From: Eledone cirrhosa
Lineage: Eukaryota
Direction: 5' to 3'
Assembly (NCBI GenBank): GCA_964016885.1
Contig: OZ024741.1
Location: forward strand, 67,890,001 to 67,954,000
Length of the DNA: 64,000 nt
Made by a program: the position numbers and the translations under genes. Shown in pieces: positions 1-12,753 of the stretch. The stretch's first letter is position 1, and every line of letters begins with the position of its first letter. The notes below the pieces were generated by a model. It did no database searches, was not told where the DNA came from, and saw nothing but the letters and a program-made list of their open reading frames with translations.

Positions 1-753
1 AGGAAATAATAATCATTATTATGAAAACAATAATAACAATAGTAGTAACTCGGCCAATGACAAAGAAACGATGACATCACAATATAAGTCTATATCTGAT
101 AATGAATCTAGTTTTTATGCTTTTCTTTGTGTTAGTCTTCTTATGAGATTTTTGGGTAGTTTATAGTAGTGGTTACTGTGGATGTGATAGTGGTTGTTGT
201 AGGGGTAATTGTGATGATAATTTTGGTTGTAGCGGTGGTCTTATGTTGTTGTCGGGGTGCGGTTGCCTCCTTTATTCATAACAATACAATATATATATAT
301 ATCTGATGGTGGTAGAAATAATTCTAGTGTTTATTGTGCCCGCCTCATTATTCCCAATCATATATAAAATTGGTAAAACTTTTACCACATAGAGTTTCTA
401 AATTTATTTAATTAGCATCTATGAGAAACCAGAATTATTCTTGACTACTAAACCGATGACTGATCAATCAATTTAAAAAGGGTCAGACCACTATGAGCGT
501 GACCCCAAGCTTATAGATTAACCTAGTAGAATGATAGTCTATACGTCGTCAGTTCGAATTTGTTGCAGTTGTTTCTTTTCAAATTTCGTCCATGATCTGT
601 AGATTAGGCTATCCTGGGAGATTTCTGTATCATATCAGTTGTTATTTCAGAAGTGGTTGCTGGCTCTTGTCTCAACTTTTCACCATTTCTGGGGAAATAA
701 ACACATTGAGTGGGATTCCTCAATCCTTGTGACAGCACAACGTCACCTATTTT

Positions 754-918
<165 letters not shown>

Positions 919-1479
919 ATCAAGCTCTCGTACTTCCCAGGTAATTCTGGTTTGATCACTTTATAATGTATTACTTCAGTTGAACCAGCGGTCTAGAAAA
1001 TGAGCCTCGTATTCTGAGAATATAACCTTCGACAGGCTGGCGTCTTATATCGAGGAAATATTTATCTCGGCCTCAGCTAACACCATACATACATTTAAGC
1101 TCAGAACTGCCTTCTCAAAGCCATTTACTACATCGTGTATTATTTAGTAGTACTTTCGACCTTATCACATAAGTCTATTATTACGCTGTTCCAGAAGGCA
1201 TTCTATAAAACGGCGGCTAAACTCAAACGTGTTTGGCGACGAGAAAAACAAATATAAATGCACAAAACACTATTTTATTGATTTTGAAACTGTTAACACA
1301 AATTATACGTTAAATATTTTATAATATTGAGTTTTTTCTGTGTATTTTCTGAATTCAGAAAATAGAAAGTATAGCATTGTTGACGATAATAATTATGGTA
1401 GTGTTGTTGGTATTGGTATTGGTGAGAGCGCTGATGATGACGACGACAACAACACTAAATATGGTGATAATGATCTCAA

Positions 1480-3160
1480 ATATTGACACAAGGTCACAAT
1501 TTTTGGTGGATAATACAGCTGATTAACACCATGGAGTAAGTATATTTCAGGTGTTCTCATTTATTCGTCTATAAGAGATGAAAAGCAGTCAACTTTGAGA
1601 TTATTTGAAATCGGGGCGTTAGGCTATGTAACTAAATACCACAATGCATTTTGTCCTGCCTTGATATAACTTCATCATTTGCTGTAAGCGGCCCTAATTA
1701 TGATAATATGTTTCTGGTTTTGGTATAAGGCCAGAGATTTATAGCGCATGTTAGTCAGTGTATGGTATTTAACGAATGGTAGTTTGAAAGTCCATATTGA
1801 CCTAAGGAAGATTTGAACTCAGAATGTAAGGGTCTTGTCATTTTGTCCAACACTATAGTGATCCTGTCAATCCTTCTCCTTGTAGTTTAGTTTTGCTTCG
1901 TGGTAATATATTATGTTGGCAAAAGTTCAAAAGATCATAACTGGGGGTGGGAGAGAAGCGTAAATAACATCGAGTTAGTACTTGGTTGAGAGAGATATTA
2001 AGCACCAGGGAAGGAGAAAAGGTAAAGTTGACCTTGGTGGAATTTGAACTCAGAAGGAAGACGTAACAAAAATCACAAATTATTTTGTCCGAGTATCAAA
2101 CGATACTGCCAGTCCTTATACCAATTTGTAGATCATCATCGTTTTTACGTCTGCCTTTCCTTGTTGTATGAGTTGGACAAGTCTTCTCTAACGGGGAATC
2201 CCCCTATTGGTATTTTTTTTTCTTTATCGTTATTTTTATCACGGGTTTGCATTGCATAAACGAACGCAGCTCCGTGCGACTTATGTTGTGTTTTTTTAGT
2301 TTTATTTTCCAATGTATTGAAAAAGACCTACGAAATAATTTTTGTAACATAGGCACAAGACCTGAAATTTGAGCGGAGTGTTTAGTCGATTAAATTGACC
2401 GCTCTATTTCATAATTAACATATTTCAACCACTCCAGGAGTATGAAAGACAAAAGTCGTCTCGGTAAGATTTGAGCTCAGAACGTAAAAAAAACTGACAC
2501 AGATAGCACAAGGCACTTTATTGAGTGCTCTAACGATTTTGTGAATCTACCACATGTTGAAAAGTCTTGCTAATACGCTAAGCTCTTCAAAACACGAGAA
2601 TTCGTACCATCATTCAACCTATGATGGGAAATTAAATGGTACCATTCTTTCATCGTGTTATTTGTTGTATAACTACGTCAGTGAATTGGCAGAATCTTTA
2701 GAGTATCAGACAAAATATTTTACAGTATTTGCTTTCACTATTTACATTCTGAGTTCAAATCCCGCTATAGTCAACTTTGCATGTTATCCTTTCGTGGACG
2801 AAAACTATAGTGTCAGTTACGTAGTGACATTGATGCAATCGGTTAACCCGTCCTGCCAAATTTCTGGTATTTTTCCTATGTTATGGACAATCATTCCCTT
2901 CTGTGGCATAAAGGGTATGAAATACGTCATAATATATTTCTAAGCAGTAGAACGGTGGACTGACAGGTACACTAGTGTGTTGGATGCAATGCATTGTAGC
3001 ATTTCATTATGGCTCTCTGTGTTCAAGTGTCAATGTTGCCTTTCATCCGTCCATGATCGATAAACTAAAGTACTAGTAAAGTGGTGGGGATTCGATATAA
3101 TTGATTTACCCTCCCCACAAATCACGGGTCTTGTACCTAAATTAGAAATAATTATTTTCC
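1480..3160. mobile_element. Cluster of old, degenerate copies of the main SINE
   Basis: Recurrent atttgaactcagaa, ggcacaag and gagttcaaatccc remnants occur on both strands. Similar old copies lie near 8100-8480, 10470-10660, 15640-15790, 18665-18875, 30430-30660, 46270-46470 and 47595-47790. Confidence 0.65.
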
Positions 3161-3333
3161 TTTAAGAATAAGGTAGTATCTATAGTTTGTTACTCTAAGT
3201 TTATTACAAATCTGACAGTAAAAAACGAGCTATTTCTTTTCTTAAATGTTATCATATATTTATAAACTTTCTGTATTTTAATCGACTTCTGAAAATATTA
3301 TATCATAAAAACTTGTTTCGAATACCCCTTTCT

Positions 3334-3528
3334 CAGACCTGCCAATCTCTAAAAACCCAAACAGGGCGTACCATGAAAAAGAGTGCCCCGAAACGGGGAG
3401 AAATGAGGCAAAATGGGGAGATTTTACATAATGAAAGCTATACCCATTTTCACAAGAGAACACATCTCTCATCCACCCCAAAGTGGATGGGAGATCTCCG
3501 TATCGGACAGGGAGAGTTGACAAGTCTG
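3334..3528. mobile_element. 195-bp MITE with CAGACYTGYCAA terminal inverted repeats and a 6-bp TSD
   Basis: The left end is cagacctgccaatctct and the reverse complement of the right end is cagacttgtcaactctc. CTTTCT flanks both sides directly (3328-3333 and 3529-3534). Confidence 0.7.
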
Positions 3529-4339
3529 CTTTCTCCTGCATTTTCATTCTATTTGTAACGCAACATTTTACACGAGTTTTATTCATTTGATCATCTATCA
3601 TATGCTCTCTATTTTCTTGACTTCAACCTCCATTTCACATTATTTATTTTATTCTATCTATCATACATTACTACATATTTTGCTATTTGCTTGTAGTTAT
3701 AATAAAATTCATTAAAGCAGATGTTGTAGAAGTAATCAGTTTGCGTCTTCGTTTTTATATATTTACTTATTTATTCAGCTGTTTATATATTTCTGTATTC
3801 ATTCATTCGTTTGAATAATTATATTTCAACTACATGCTGTTATCTGTTAAAAAGGTACATGTACTTCCCGAATACTTTCCAGAAATTTATATAAATTTTA
3901 AAATAGAACGGAAGAAAGTAGCAAAATAGAAACAAAAATATAACATTTTTATTAAAGAAATTATAAAGATACAAATTATTGATACGAGATTTTTCTTTTT
4001 ACCGTCTGCACATATTCGCATTTTACTACTACTCAATATTCACTTCATTACATCTTAAATTTTGTATTCATTTCCTTGTCATTAGCTCTTTATATCTAAT
4101 TTATCTTCAAAGAATATTATCTTTAAAGGCAAATATTAAGCATGTATTAAAATTACTTCTTATAACAGCTATACAATTTGTAAAAGGATGAATATTTCAA
4201 ACATGCTGACTAATTCTTTTGTCTGTATCTTTTATGTATTTTAAAAACTCTCAAATGAGATTTTACCTTTGAGTAATATATAAATGAAAGAAACATTTGT
4301 GTTTCTATCTGCATATGTATACACACACACACAGACACA

Positions 4340-4414
<75 letters not shown>

Positions 4415-4877
4415 ATATATATGTATATAGTAATAAGAATATTTATATTTATATATGTTTGATACAACTATAAATCCGGAGGGTAGTACTAAGTACTAGC
4501 CGGTTACCGGTATGATAAAAGGCTTAATACAAATTTTCAAGTGTTTTACAGAGCCGAGATACAAAGTGTTAAAACGATCAAAGTTTAGTTTAGAACATTT
4601 ATTTGCTGACAATTGTTTCTTCCATAGGGAGGTCTGGAATCATCGGAGCATAGGGAATGTCGAAACATGTGACTAAAATCTTAGTCATTCAGAACATTTA
4701 GAGTACATAATTGTTGTTAGTGTCATATATATATATATGTATATAGCTAGGAAGAGAGACAGAGAAAGACGCAAGCATGACTATCTGGTTAAGATTTTGC
4801 CTGTTCAATAACGTCAGACAAGGTACGGTCTTACTGCGGAGAACCTTCCTCAGAAACAGTTGTCCTTCATATATATA

Positions 4878-5064
4878 GGGCGGTGGTTTGGCAGTATCGG
4901 TAGAGCATCAGACACCATGTTTTGCAGTATAGTTATGGCCCTTTGCGTTCTGAGTTCAAATCCGCCGAGGTTAACTTTGCCTTTCATCCTTACGAGGTCG
5001 ATAAAATAAATTACCAGTGCTGCACTGGCGTAATCGCTGACCTTGTGCCAAAAGTAGAAAAACT
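4878..5064 (+). mobile_element. tRNA-derived SINE (main family)
   Basis: A-box-like TGGCAGTATCGG, B-box GAGTTCAAATCC, core ctttgcctttcatccttacgaggtcgataaaataaa and tail ccttgtgccaaaagtagaaa. Confidence 0.85.
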
Positions 5065-5115
5065 ATATATATATATGTGTGTGGGGGGGGGGGGGGGTGC
5101 GTGTGTGTGTGTATA

Positions 5116-5213
5116 CCTGGTGTCCAAAAAATGTATGCACACTTTGAATACCTGTACAGCTAATAGTTCTTAAAATGTTGTTGAAGTGTGTATACAATTT
5201 TTGGGACACCCTG
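5116..5213. mobile_element. 98-bp Tc1/mariner-type MITE
   Basis: TA|cctggtgtccaaaaaatgtatgcacactt ... aagtgtgtatacaatttttgggacaccctg|TA. Imperfect TIRs of about 29 bp and a TA target duplication. Confidence 0.75.
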
Positions 5214-5261
5214 TATATATATATATGTGTGTGTGTGACCTATATGCCAATATGTTTTTGT

Positions 5262-5600
5262 GGGTGCAGCATGTCCGAGTGGTTAGGATATTCGCTTCGC
5301 AATCATTAGGTCCCGGGTGCGATTAGCGTGCATGGCATCATTGGCAAGTGTCATTTATCATAGAGTTGGTTTGACCCCTGCCTTGTGAGGGAAAATAGTA
5401 AGACAGAAACTGTTTGCGTGTCTTTTAGAAGGACTGTAGATGTTATTCAAAGGGCCAACCTTGACAGACTGAATTTCTTTGAGAATTACGTTAAGGATAC
5501 ACATGTCTATGGAATACTCAGCGATTTACATGAAAATTTCATGAGCAATTTCTTTCGTTGATCGAACAACTGGAACACGCCTCACTGAACCAACGAAGGT
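5262..5600 (+). mobile_element. Second SINE family (degenerate tRNA-like head)
   Basis: gcagcatgtccgagtggttagg...ggtcccgggtgcgatt head followed by a ttggcaagtgtc...gccttgtgag...agacagaaactg body. A different tRNA-like head occurs at about 10938-11025. Confidence 0.5.
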
Positions 5601-5658
5601 TTATGCAATAGGTGCTACTTTTGATTTTGTACTTTTTGTTATTATTTTTCCATGTATG

Positions 5659-5880
5659 GGGGCGGTGGATTGACAGTATCGGTAGAAAGTAGGACACCAT
5701 GCTTTGCAGCATAGAGTTACGGTCCTTTACGATCTGAGTTCAAATCCCGCCGAAGTTAACTTTGCCTTTCATCGTTACGGGTCGATAAAATAAAGCACCA
5801 GTCACGCACTGGGGTCGATTTAATCGACTTCCCCTCCCCCAAAATTGCTGCCTTTGTGTCTATATAAGAAACCATTATTT
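5659..5880 (+). mobile_element. tRNA-derived SINE (main family, long variant)
   Basis: Same head and core plus a ggggtcgatttaatcgact insert. Ends in agaaaccattatt. Confidence 0.85.
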
Positions 5881-6090
5881 TTCCATGTATGATTCTAGGA
5901 GATTTAAATGTTATTTCTTGACGATCGAGCGACATCCCGGGTGCTCGCTTGTTTGCTTATGTTGTTGTTATTATTGGTGTAGTTATTGTTTTCGTTGTTT
6001 CTTTTCTTACTGTTTCAGATAATGAATAATTCATGAAACGTGTATTGGTATTGTGCAAGGGAGATAATAAGATAACTAACGTTTACAAGA

Positions 6091-6186
<96 letters not shown>

Positions 6187-8009
6187 CGGAGTCTCAGTGT
6201 GTGGGTTTCTGTGTACAGAGGTGGGAATAATATGTTAACAATTCTCAGAGCTCACAACTGAAATATCTCATTATAGTTGATCAGTGAAAAGATATGCAAT
6301 AACGCGTTGAGATAATGTTCTACCTGTATAGAAAATAGCAAGACAAGTGGTGGCAAAAAACATTTACTACTACCATTGTTATTGACAGTGTTGATGTTAC
6401 TGTTGTTTTTATGTCCCAGAACAGATTCAGAAGACTCATGTTCAAAGGCGTTCCGGTCGTAAATATTTCATCTTATAATATTGAAACTATATTTTTCTTC
6501 TTTATTTAAGACAGTCGGAGCAGCCACGTAAAAGCTCGCTCGTATTTAAACACAATTATGACCTTATAGATTACACAGCCATGATAAGTTTATGTTTATA
6601 CATAGGTATAGATATAATTTACATATAGGGGATATTTTTTATATTTTGATTACTTTTCTACCTGGTCATATGTATTACAAGTTATAATTCATGTTGTTTC
6701 TGTAATATTGTGGCGTAAGTGTGCTTGGTATACGGATTTTATGCATCTTATTTCTATTACGTTTTTTACAGAAAAACGAAATCGAGCTGTTTTTATTTCG
6801 ATTTATTTATAGTTGTAATCAGAAGAAAGTTAGGCTCTCATTTCTAGAACATTGACACCACGTAAAGCATCCCTCTTGTTGCTGTTGTTTAAACCTAGAT
6901 CTCGGGGCAATCTGACCGTGGAGATCCCACATTTTTGTATATAAGGAACTAAATGGTCCTTCTTTCTTTAAAATAGTAGTGTGTATTTCAATGCAGATTT
7001 GATTGAAGTTTCGAGCAAATGAAACAAAGACAGAGTTTTCCTCTTGTTGATACCAAGTCGCAGGAGAGTTCTAAGTAAGCCTATGTTCAATGTCTGTGAA
7101 GTTGTAACCATTTAATATTTCTTATTTTACGCAATGTGTCCTTCCTATTAAATGTAAAAGGTGAAAGGGTATGTGAAATGTCGCAAACCGACAAAGTATC
7201 CTTTGTAGTATACTTTTTTAGAAATGCCTTCTGTATTTAGTTATGCTTCGTTACGTTCTATGTCCCAAATCCCGTTTGATTGATTTTGTTCTTGTGTTTG
7301 TTTTGCTACAGGTCAGCCCTAAATAAGCAGACCTATGATTCAAGGCTTCAACGAGGTTTCAACCGTGAACATTCCATCCTATTTGTAGGAGATTACTTTG
7401 TCAAATGCGTACCTCATTTTGTTAAATGGTACGGTGGGATTCCAGAAAGGCATCTCTGTCGATAAAATAACGAGCATTTATGTATGGGTGGTAATTTCAA
7501 TTGACAACAAGGTTACTTCTGAAAATTGACATATTATAATCTCTGTAATCTTTATTGATTTATGTATTCATTTATAATTTTGCTCTATTATTAAAATCAC
7601 ATCAGCCCTTTCATAAATTGTGACTATCCAGTTTTGTCTCTATTATTTTTCTTCAGAAGTTACAGCCTTTTATGTTCTGAATTGAATCCAGCTGGCATCT
7701 TATACTTCTATTATAATTTAATTCACATTTAGGATGTTTTTATGAATATTAAATCAGTCTTTCCTTTGAAATTTGAAAGACAAATTTGACCTGGTCTGGG
7801 TGAAAGTTGAACTTTGAAATTAATAGACCCTCCTTTTGTTCAAGGTTCAAAAGATTCTCAAATTCCAGTGTCATGTCTAGACATGTAATACTCGTTTTAT
7901 TTGCATGCATGTATGGACTCGTAACTCCTGACAGAATCACAGGGATGCCGTAATGTCATGCAACATGTGTTGGGAATCTTTAAACTGGCGGAGCCCATCC
8001 CCTCTCCAG

Positions 8010-8046
8010 TTCTGAACACGACCGCCATATACCTGAGAAGGAGAAA
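8010..8046 (+). CDS. Candidate upstream exon of the RING gene (SEHDRHIPEKEK)
   Basis: GC-richer, non-repetitive island. Possible acceptor cccatcccctctccAG (8008-8009) and donor AAA|GTGGGT at 8047. The phase-0 end is compatible with the 32672 exon. The 5' boundary is uncertain (see findings). Confidence 0.4.
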
Positions 8047-9031
8047 GTGGGTGTGATAGAGAGGAGAGGACTTGAAAAAGAGATATAGAAGAAGCATCGG
8101 CCCAGTACTAGACTGGTACTTTTTATGGACCTCGAAAGGATGAAAGGCAAATTCGGCCTCGACGGAGTTTTAACTCACAGCCCAGAGAGTTGGAACGAAT
8201 ACCGCAAAACGTTCTATCCGATGTAATAATCATTCAGCAAATTCATTGCCTACTGGTTTCATTTGCCACAATTATAGACGTTATAATTCTTTCTGGCATT
8301 GATACAAGGCCAGCAATTTAGGCAAAAGGAAAAGTCGATTATATGAACCACAGTACTTAACCGGTATTTCATTATATCGACCCTGGAAGGATAAAAGCAA
8401 AGTTAATCTCGGAGGGATTTCAACTCAGGCGGTAAAAAGTAATAACCAAATACCGCAAAGCATTCTGCCAAATGCTCTACCACCCCATATTTTTGACGTA
8501 CAATATTAATCATTGTCTAATATTCTTATTTCCCCTCACCACCTTATTATTTCCAGTTAGATTGTTATTGAGACTAACTTAGCTGTTGTTTTTCATGTGC
8601 ATGATATATGAGTTATTTATTCTCAAAATAATGTTATACTCTAAACCCCTAGGCCAGCCAATGTAAATTATTGTACTATGTACTTAGCCGGCAATACTAA
8701 TTATTTGTTACGCTTGAGTGGTAATTCTGCCCAATTGAGGTATTTAAGCAGGAATTATTTAATCTAAATCATTCTTTTTTCACAAGAGCAGTGGATATTA
8801 GAATGTGTTTAGAACGCATTTTAAGGTCTCAGTTCAAGTCCTTCGGGTGGAAAGATCGACTTTGACTATCGACCTTATTTGTATCGACACAAATAAGTAC
8901 TATTCAAACAATATGGCCGAGTAAATCGTCTGAAAAATTGACACAGAATTTGTTTCCATATTCCAACGTGAGAAATGATTATTTTTGATGATTGCAAAGG
9001 AATGTAGATGTGTTTTTACTATGTGTGTGTG

Positions 9032-9064
<33 letters not shown>

Positions 9065-9509
9065 GTATGTGTGTGTGTCTGTACGTGTGTGTGTGTGTGT
9101 CTGTGTGTGTGTGTGTGCATGGATATATGTGTCTATGTTTATGTCCGTCTCCCTGTATATATGCATGGGCAAGTAAAGATCCAGTCTGTCTTTGTGTCAC
9201 GATGTTTCTGTAGACGATTTACGTCAAAGACACACATCTCGGTGGAGTACTTAAGCAGTTACATATTAATTCACGCGTTAGATGTTCCCGTGATAGAATG
9301 TCTGAATGTTTGTCATCATAGATGTTATCATTACTTCATATAGGCAAGAGTACTCAATACCGAAGTATAGTTTAAGTATGTATTATTATGGCGATGAAGA
9401 GCCTTGCTACTCTAGAGTATATCCTGTATACTCCACCTGTCTCTCTAATAACCTTGTGAGTACACTTATGAAGCTCCAGGGTAAAGACTCGTCACTTAGC
9501 CATTATACA

Positions 9510-9568
<59 letters not shown>

Positions 9569-9630
9569 AATGTTATTAAATAAATGGAAACTATATTTAT
9601 AAAACCATATTTATTTTATTATATATATAT

Positions 9631-9737
9631 TGCCATTCTGAGTTCAAATCCCGCCGAGGTTAACTTTACCTTTCATCCTTTCGGGGTCGATAAAATAAAG
9701 TACCAGTAATACACTTGTGCCGAACGTAGAAACAATT
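9631..9737 (+). mobile_element. 5'-truncated SINE with target-site duplication, inserted into a hammerhead motif
   Basis: It runs from the B-box to the tail. ATTATATATAT is present on both sides. Confidence 0.8.
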
Positions 9738-10078
9738 ATATATATTTCAAGGGTAACAAAAGACTTTGGTACGCTTTCTTCAGATAAAATAAAAAATTTG
9801 TTTTATAAATGTTGACATAGCCAAGGAAACATACCTTATCACTTGAATACTATCCAAGGAAAATTCAACTGATAAGGTATGTTTCCTTGGCTATGTCAAA
9901 ATTTATAAAACACACTTTGTATTTTATCTGATGAAAGCGTACCAAAGTTTTTGGTACCCTTGAAATAGAATAAATATGGTTTTATAAATATACTTTCAAT
10001 TTATTTAATATCATTGTATATATATATATAAAGAAGAAGAAGAAGAAGAAGAAGAAGAAGAAGAAGAAGAAGAAGAAG

Positions 10079-10109
<31 letters not shown>

Positions 10110-10164
10110 GTGCTGTATTTAGTGCACATAGATAATATTTGTAGTTCTGCTGCTGCTGCTGCTG

Positions 10165-10195
<31 letters not shown>

Positions 10196-10343
10196 TACTA
10201 GCACTACCCCTACCACTACTACTACCACTACTACTATTACTGCTACTACTACTACTACTACTACCACTTCTACGACTACTACTACTACTACCACTGCTGC
10301 TGTTGCTGCTATCTCTCTTTGTCTAACTATATATATAGATATA

Positions 10344-10382
<39 letters not shown>

Positions 10383-10462
10383 GGGGTAGTGCTAGTAGTA
10401 GTAGTAGTAGTAGCAGCAGCAGTAGAACTACAAATATTATCTATGTGCACTAAATACAGCAC
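10110..10462. repeat. Inverted repeat with unique outer arms and (ACT)n/(TAG)n inner arms
   Basis: gtgctgtatttagtgcacatagataatatttgtagttct at about 10110 has its reverse complement ending near 10461. Confidence 0.85.
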
Positions 10463-11448
10463 ACAAAGGAAAGAGGTTGGACAGAATTGGGAGAGCGTCG
10501 GACAAAAGGCCAATGCGTTAATGGTTCTGTATCATTCGGCTTTGAGTTGAAATCCCGACAAGGTCAGGTTGTCTTATCATTATTCTGGGATTGATAAAAT
10601 GAAGTATTAGTCAAATAAAGGAGTTGATTTTGCTGGCCTTGTGCTTAAATTAGAAATTTATAGTTACATAACAAATACCCATACGCACACACATACACAT
10701 ACATGTATTCATATACGATTATAAGTTTGTATAGGCAGAGTGCGTATGTTCATGCGTGTAGTGGGTGTCACATGTCAGTAAAATAACACCACACGTTTTC
10801 GGCTTAATCACGTATTGAACACTTTACAAGGTGCACTTAGATGAAATGAGAATGCGTGCACTCATTTTCGCACGTATATAATGTGATAATATACGTGTGG
10901 CAATAAATGTTTGTGTGTTTCATATATGTGCGTGAGAAGGCACGTGGCTTATAGACTGGCGTGCTAGATTCACGATCGAAAGGTCATGAGTTCGACTCCT
11001 GAACTGGACGGCACGTTGTGTCCTCTAGATTATATGTTACGTACACCGAGGAATGGGTTGGAGAGTGGTTTCCTTACAACTTCATTGGCGTGAAATCTTC
11101 CACAAAACTATTTTGTCCAGGTGTGTGCATTGGAAGGTTGCCAACCTAAGGTGAATCATGACATTATCAAAAGGAACCTACTTCTTCTTCTTCTTCTTCT
11201 TCTTCTTTATATATATATACAATGATATTAAATAAATTGAAAGTATATTTATAAAACCATATTTATTCTATTTCAAAGGTACCAAAAACTTTGGTACGCT
11301 TTCATCAGATAAAATACAAAGTGTGTTTTTATAAATTTTGAGATAAGCCAAGGAAAACATACCTTATCAGTTGAATTTTCCTTGGATAGTATTCAAGTGA
11401 TAAGGTATGTTTCCTTGGCTATGTCAACATTTATAAAACACACCTTTG

Positions 11449-11510
11449 TATTTTATCTGATGAAAGCGTACCAAAGTTATTGGTACCCTTGAAATATATA
11501 TAATAGAATA
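11449..11510 (+). ncRNA. Type-I hammerhead ribozyme motif, intact core
   Basis: Stem I tattttat/atagaata; CUGAUGA at 11457-11463; stem II aagcgtacca/tggtaccctt; GAAA at 11491-11494; self-complementary stem III ATATATAT; predicted cleavage after AUA (11502). Confidence 0.72.
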
Positions 11511-11798
11511 AATATGGTTTTATAAATATACTTTCCATTTATTTAATATCATTGAATATTTACTCCAGAAAGCTGTCGAGTGCTCTGAAATCAGTTATAA
11601 GCATTTATATTTATTGAATTTCCAACAAATTAAATATCCCTTCTACTTATATATATAAGTAGAAGGGGTATTTAATTTGTTGGAAATCCGACATATATAA
11701 ATATAAATGTTTATAACTGATTTAGAGTACTCAACAGTTTCTTGAGTAAATATTCAATGATATTAAATAAATGGAAACTATATTTATAAAACCATATT

Positions 11799-11861
11799 TA
11801 TTTTATTATATATATTTCAAGTGTACCAAAAGACTTTGGTACGCTCTCTTCAGATAAAATA
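11799..11861 (-). ncRNA. Type-I hammerhead ribozyme motif (inverted copy)
   Basis: The reverse complement reads tattttat CTGAAGA gagcgtacca aagtcttt tggtacactt GAAA tatatata ataaaata. Confidence 0.65.
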
Positions 11862-11942
11862 CAAAATTTTTCTATCCAGAGAATATCCAACTGATAAGCT
11901 ATGATTTTCCTGGATATGACTATATTCATAAAACAAATTTTG

Positions 11943-12005
11943 TATTTTATCTGAAGAAAGCGTACCAAAGTCTTTTGGTACCCTTGAAATATATATAATA
12001 AAATA
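11943..12005 (+). ncRNA. Type-I hammerhead ribozyme motif, intact core
   Basis: Perfect 8-bp stem I tattttat/ataaaata; CUGAAGA at 11951-11957; stem II aagcgtacca/tggtaccctt; GAAA at 11986-11989; stem III ATATATAT; predicted cleavage after AUA (11997). Confidence 0.75.
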
Positions 12006-12064
12006 AATATGGTTTATAAATATAGTTTCCATTTATTTAATATCATTGTATATATATGTATATA

Positions 12065-12102
<38 letters not shown>

Positions 12103-12711
12103 TATATATATATGTGTGTATTATTATATGTATTATTGACCAGTTAATTTTCTTGATTTTTTTAGTTGATTCTATTGACTGATGAATAGCTCATGTTAAT
12201 TTTAACCCTTCTGTTGAGAACTCTATTCGATTTGTGGTGTTTTTGCATTCTTGCAAGAATATACACAACTGAATTCATTCGCCAGATATAGGGGTTGCCT
12301 CCCTTGCCGATCTCCACGTGGGGTCAGCAATAGTCAGTCCTTGTATTAACATTGAACTAAAAACCTGTTGAGAAAGTGGCTTCCTTGTTCAATCATCTTA
12401 CCAGAAGCCTGACATTATATATGTAAGCGGACGGTACTTGATTTAGGAGCCACAGAAACCCATATACTGGATTTTACCAACCTTCCAGGGGTCCGGGTAA
12501 ATTTTCAATACCCGAATTACTTGATCGTTTTTGGGGGCTATGCGAGTGATTGTTTAACCATTGTCTCAGTATGTTTGGCGTTTAACGTTTGTTTATAGCT
12601 CTGGTTCTTCTGAATCATTAGCTTAAGCACTTTGCCGCACATCTCGGAGGTTGATTTTCGTTATTTCGTGGGCCGAAATGCGAATCTCGATAATTTATGT
12701 TTTATATATAT

Positions 12712-12744
<33 letters not shown>

Positions 12745-12753
12745 TCTGTATAA

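Larger units (their letters stand above)
9569..12048. mobile_element. Palindromic array of a hammerhead-bearing repeat (Penelope pseudo-LTR-like)
   Basis: One AT-rich unit recurs as inverted pairs at about 9569-10017, 11218-11553 and 11755-12048, with a linking palindrome centred near 11652. Each unit contains CTGA(T/A)GA-hairpin-GAAA. Confidence 0.75.

Noticed and set aside
1180-1258. Short open frame FQKAFYKTAAKLKRVWRREKQI
   Set aside because: It ends in a stop, has no donor site and no recognisable domain.
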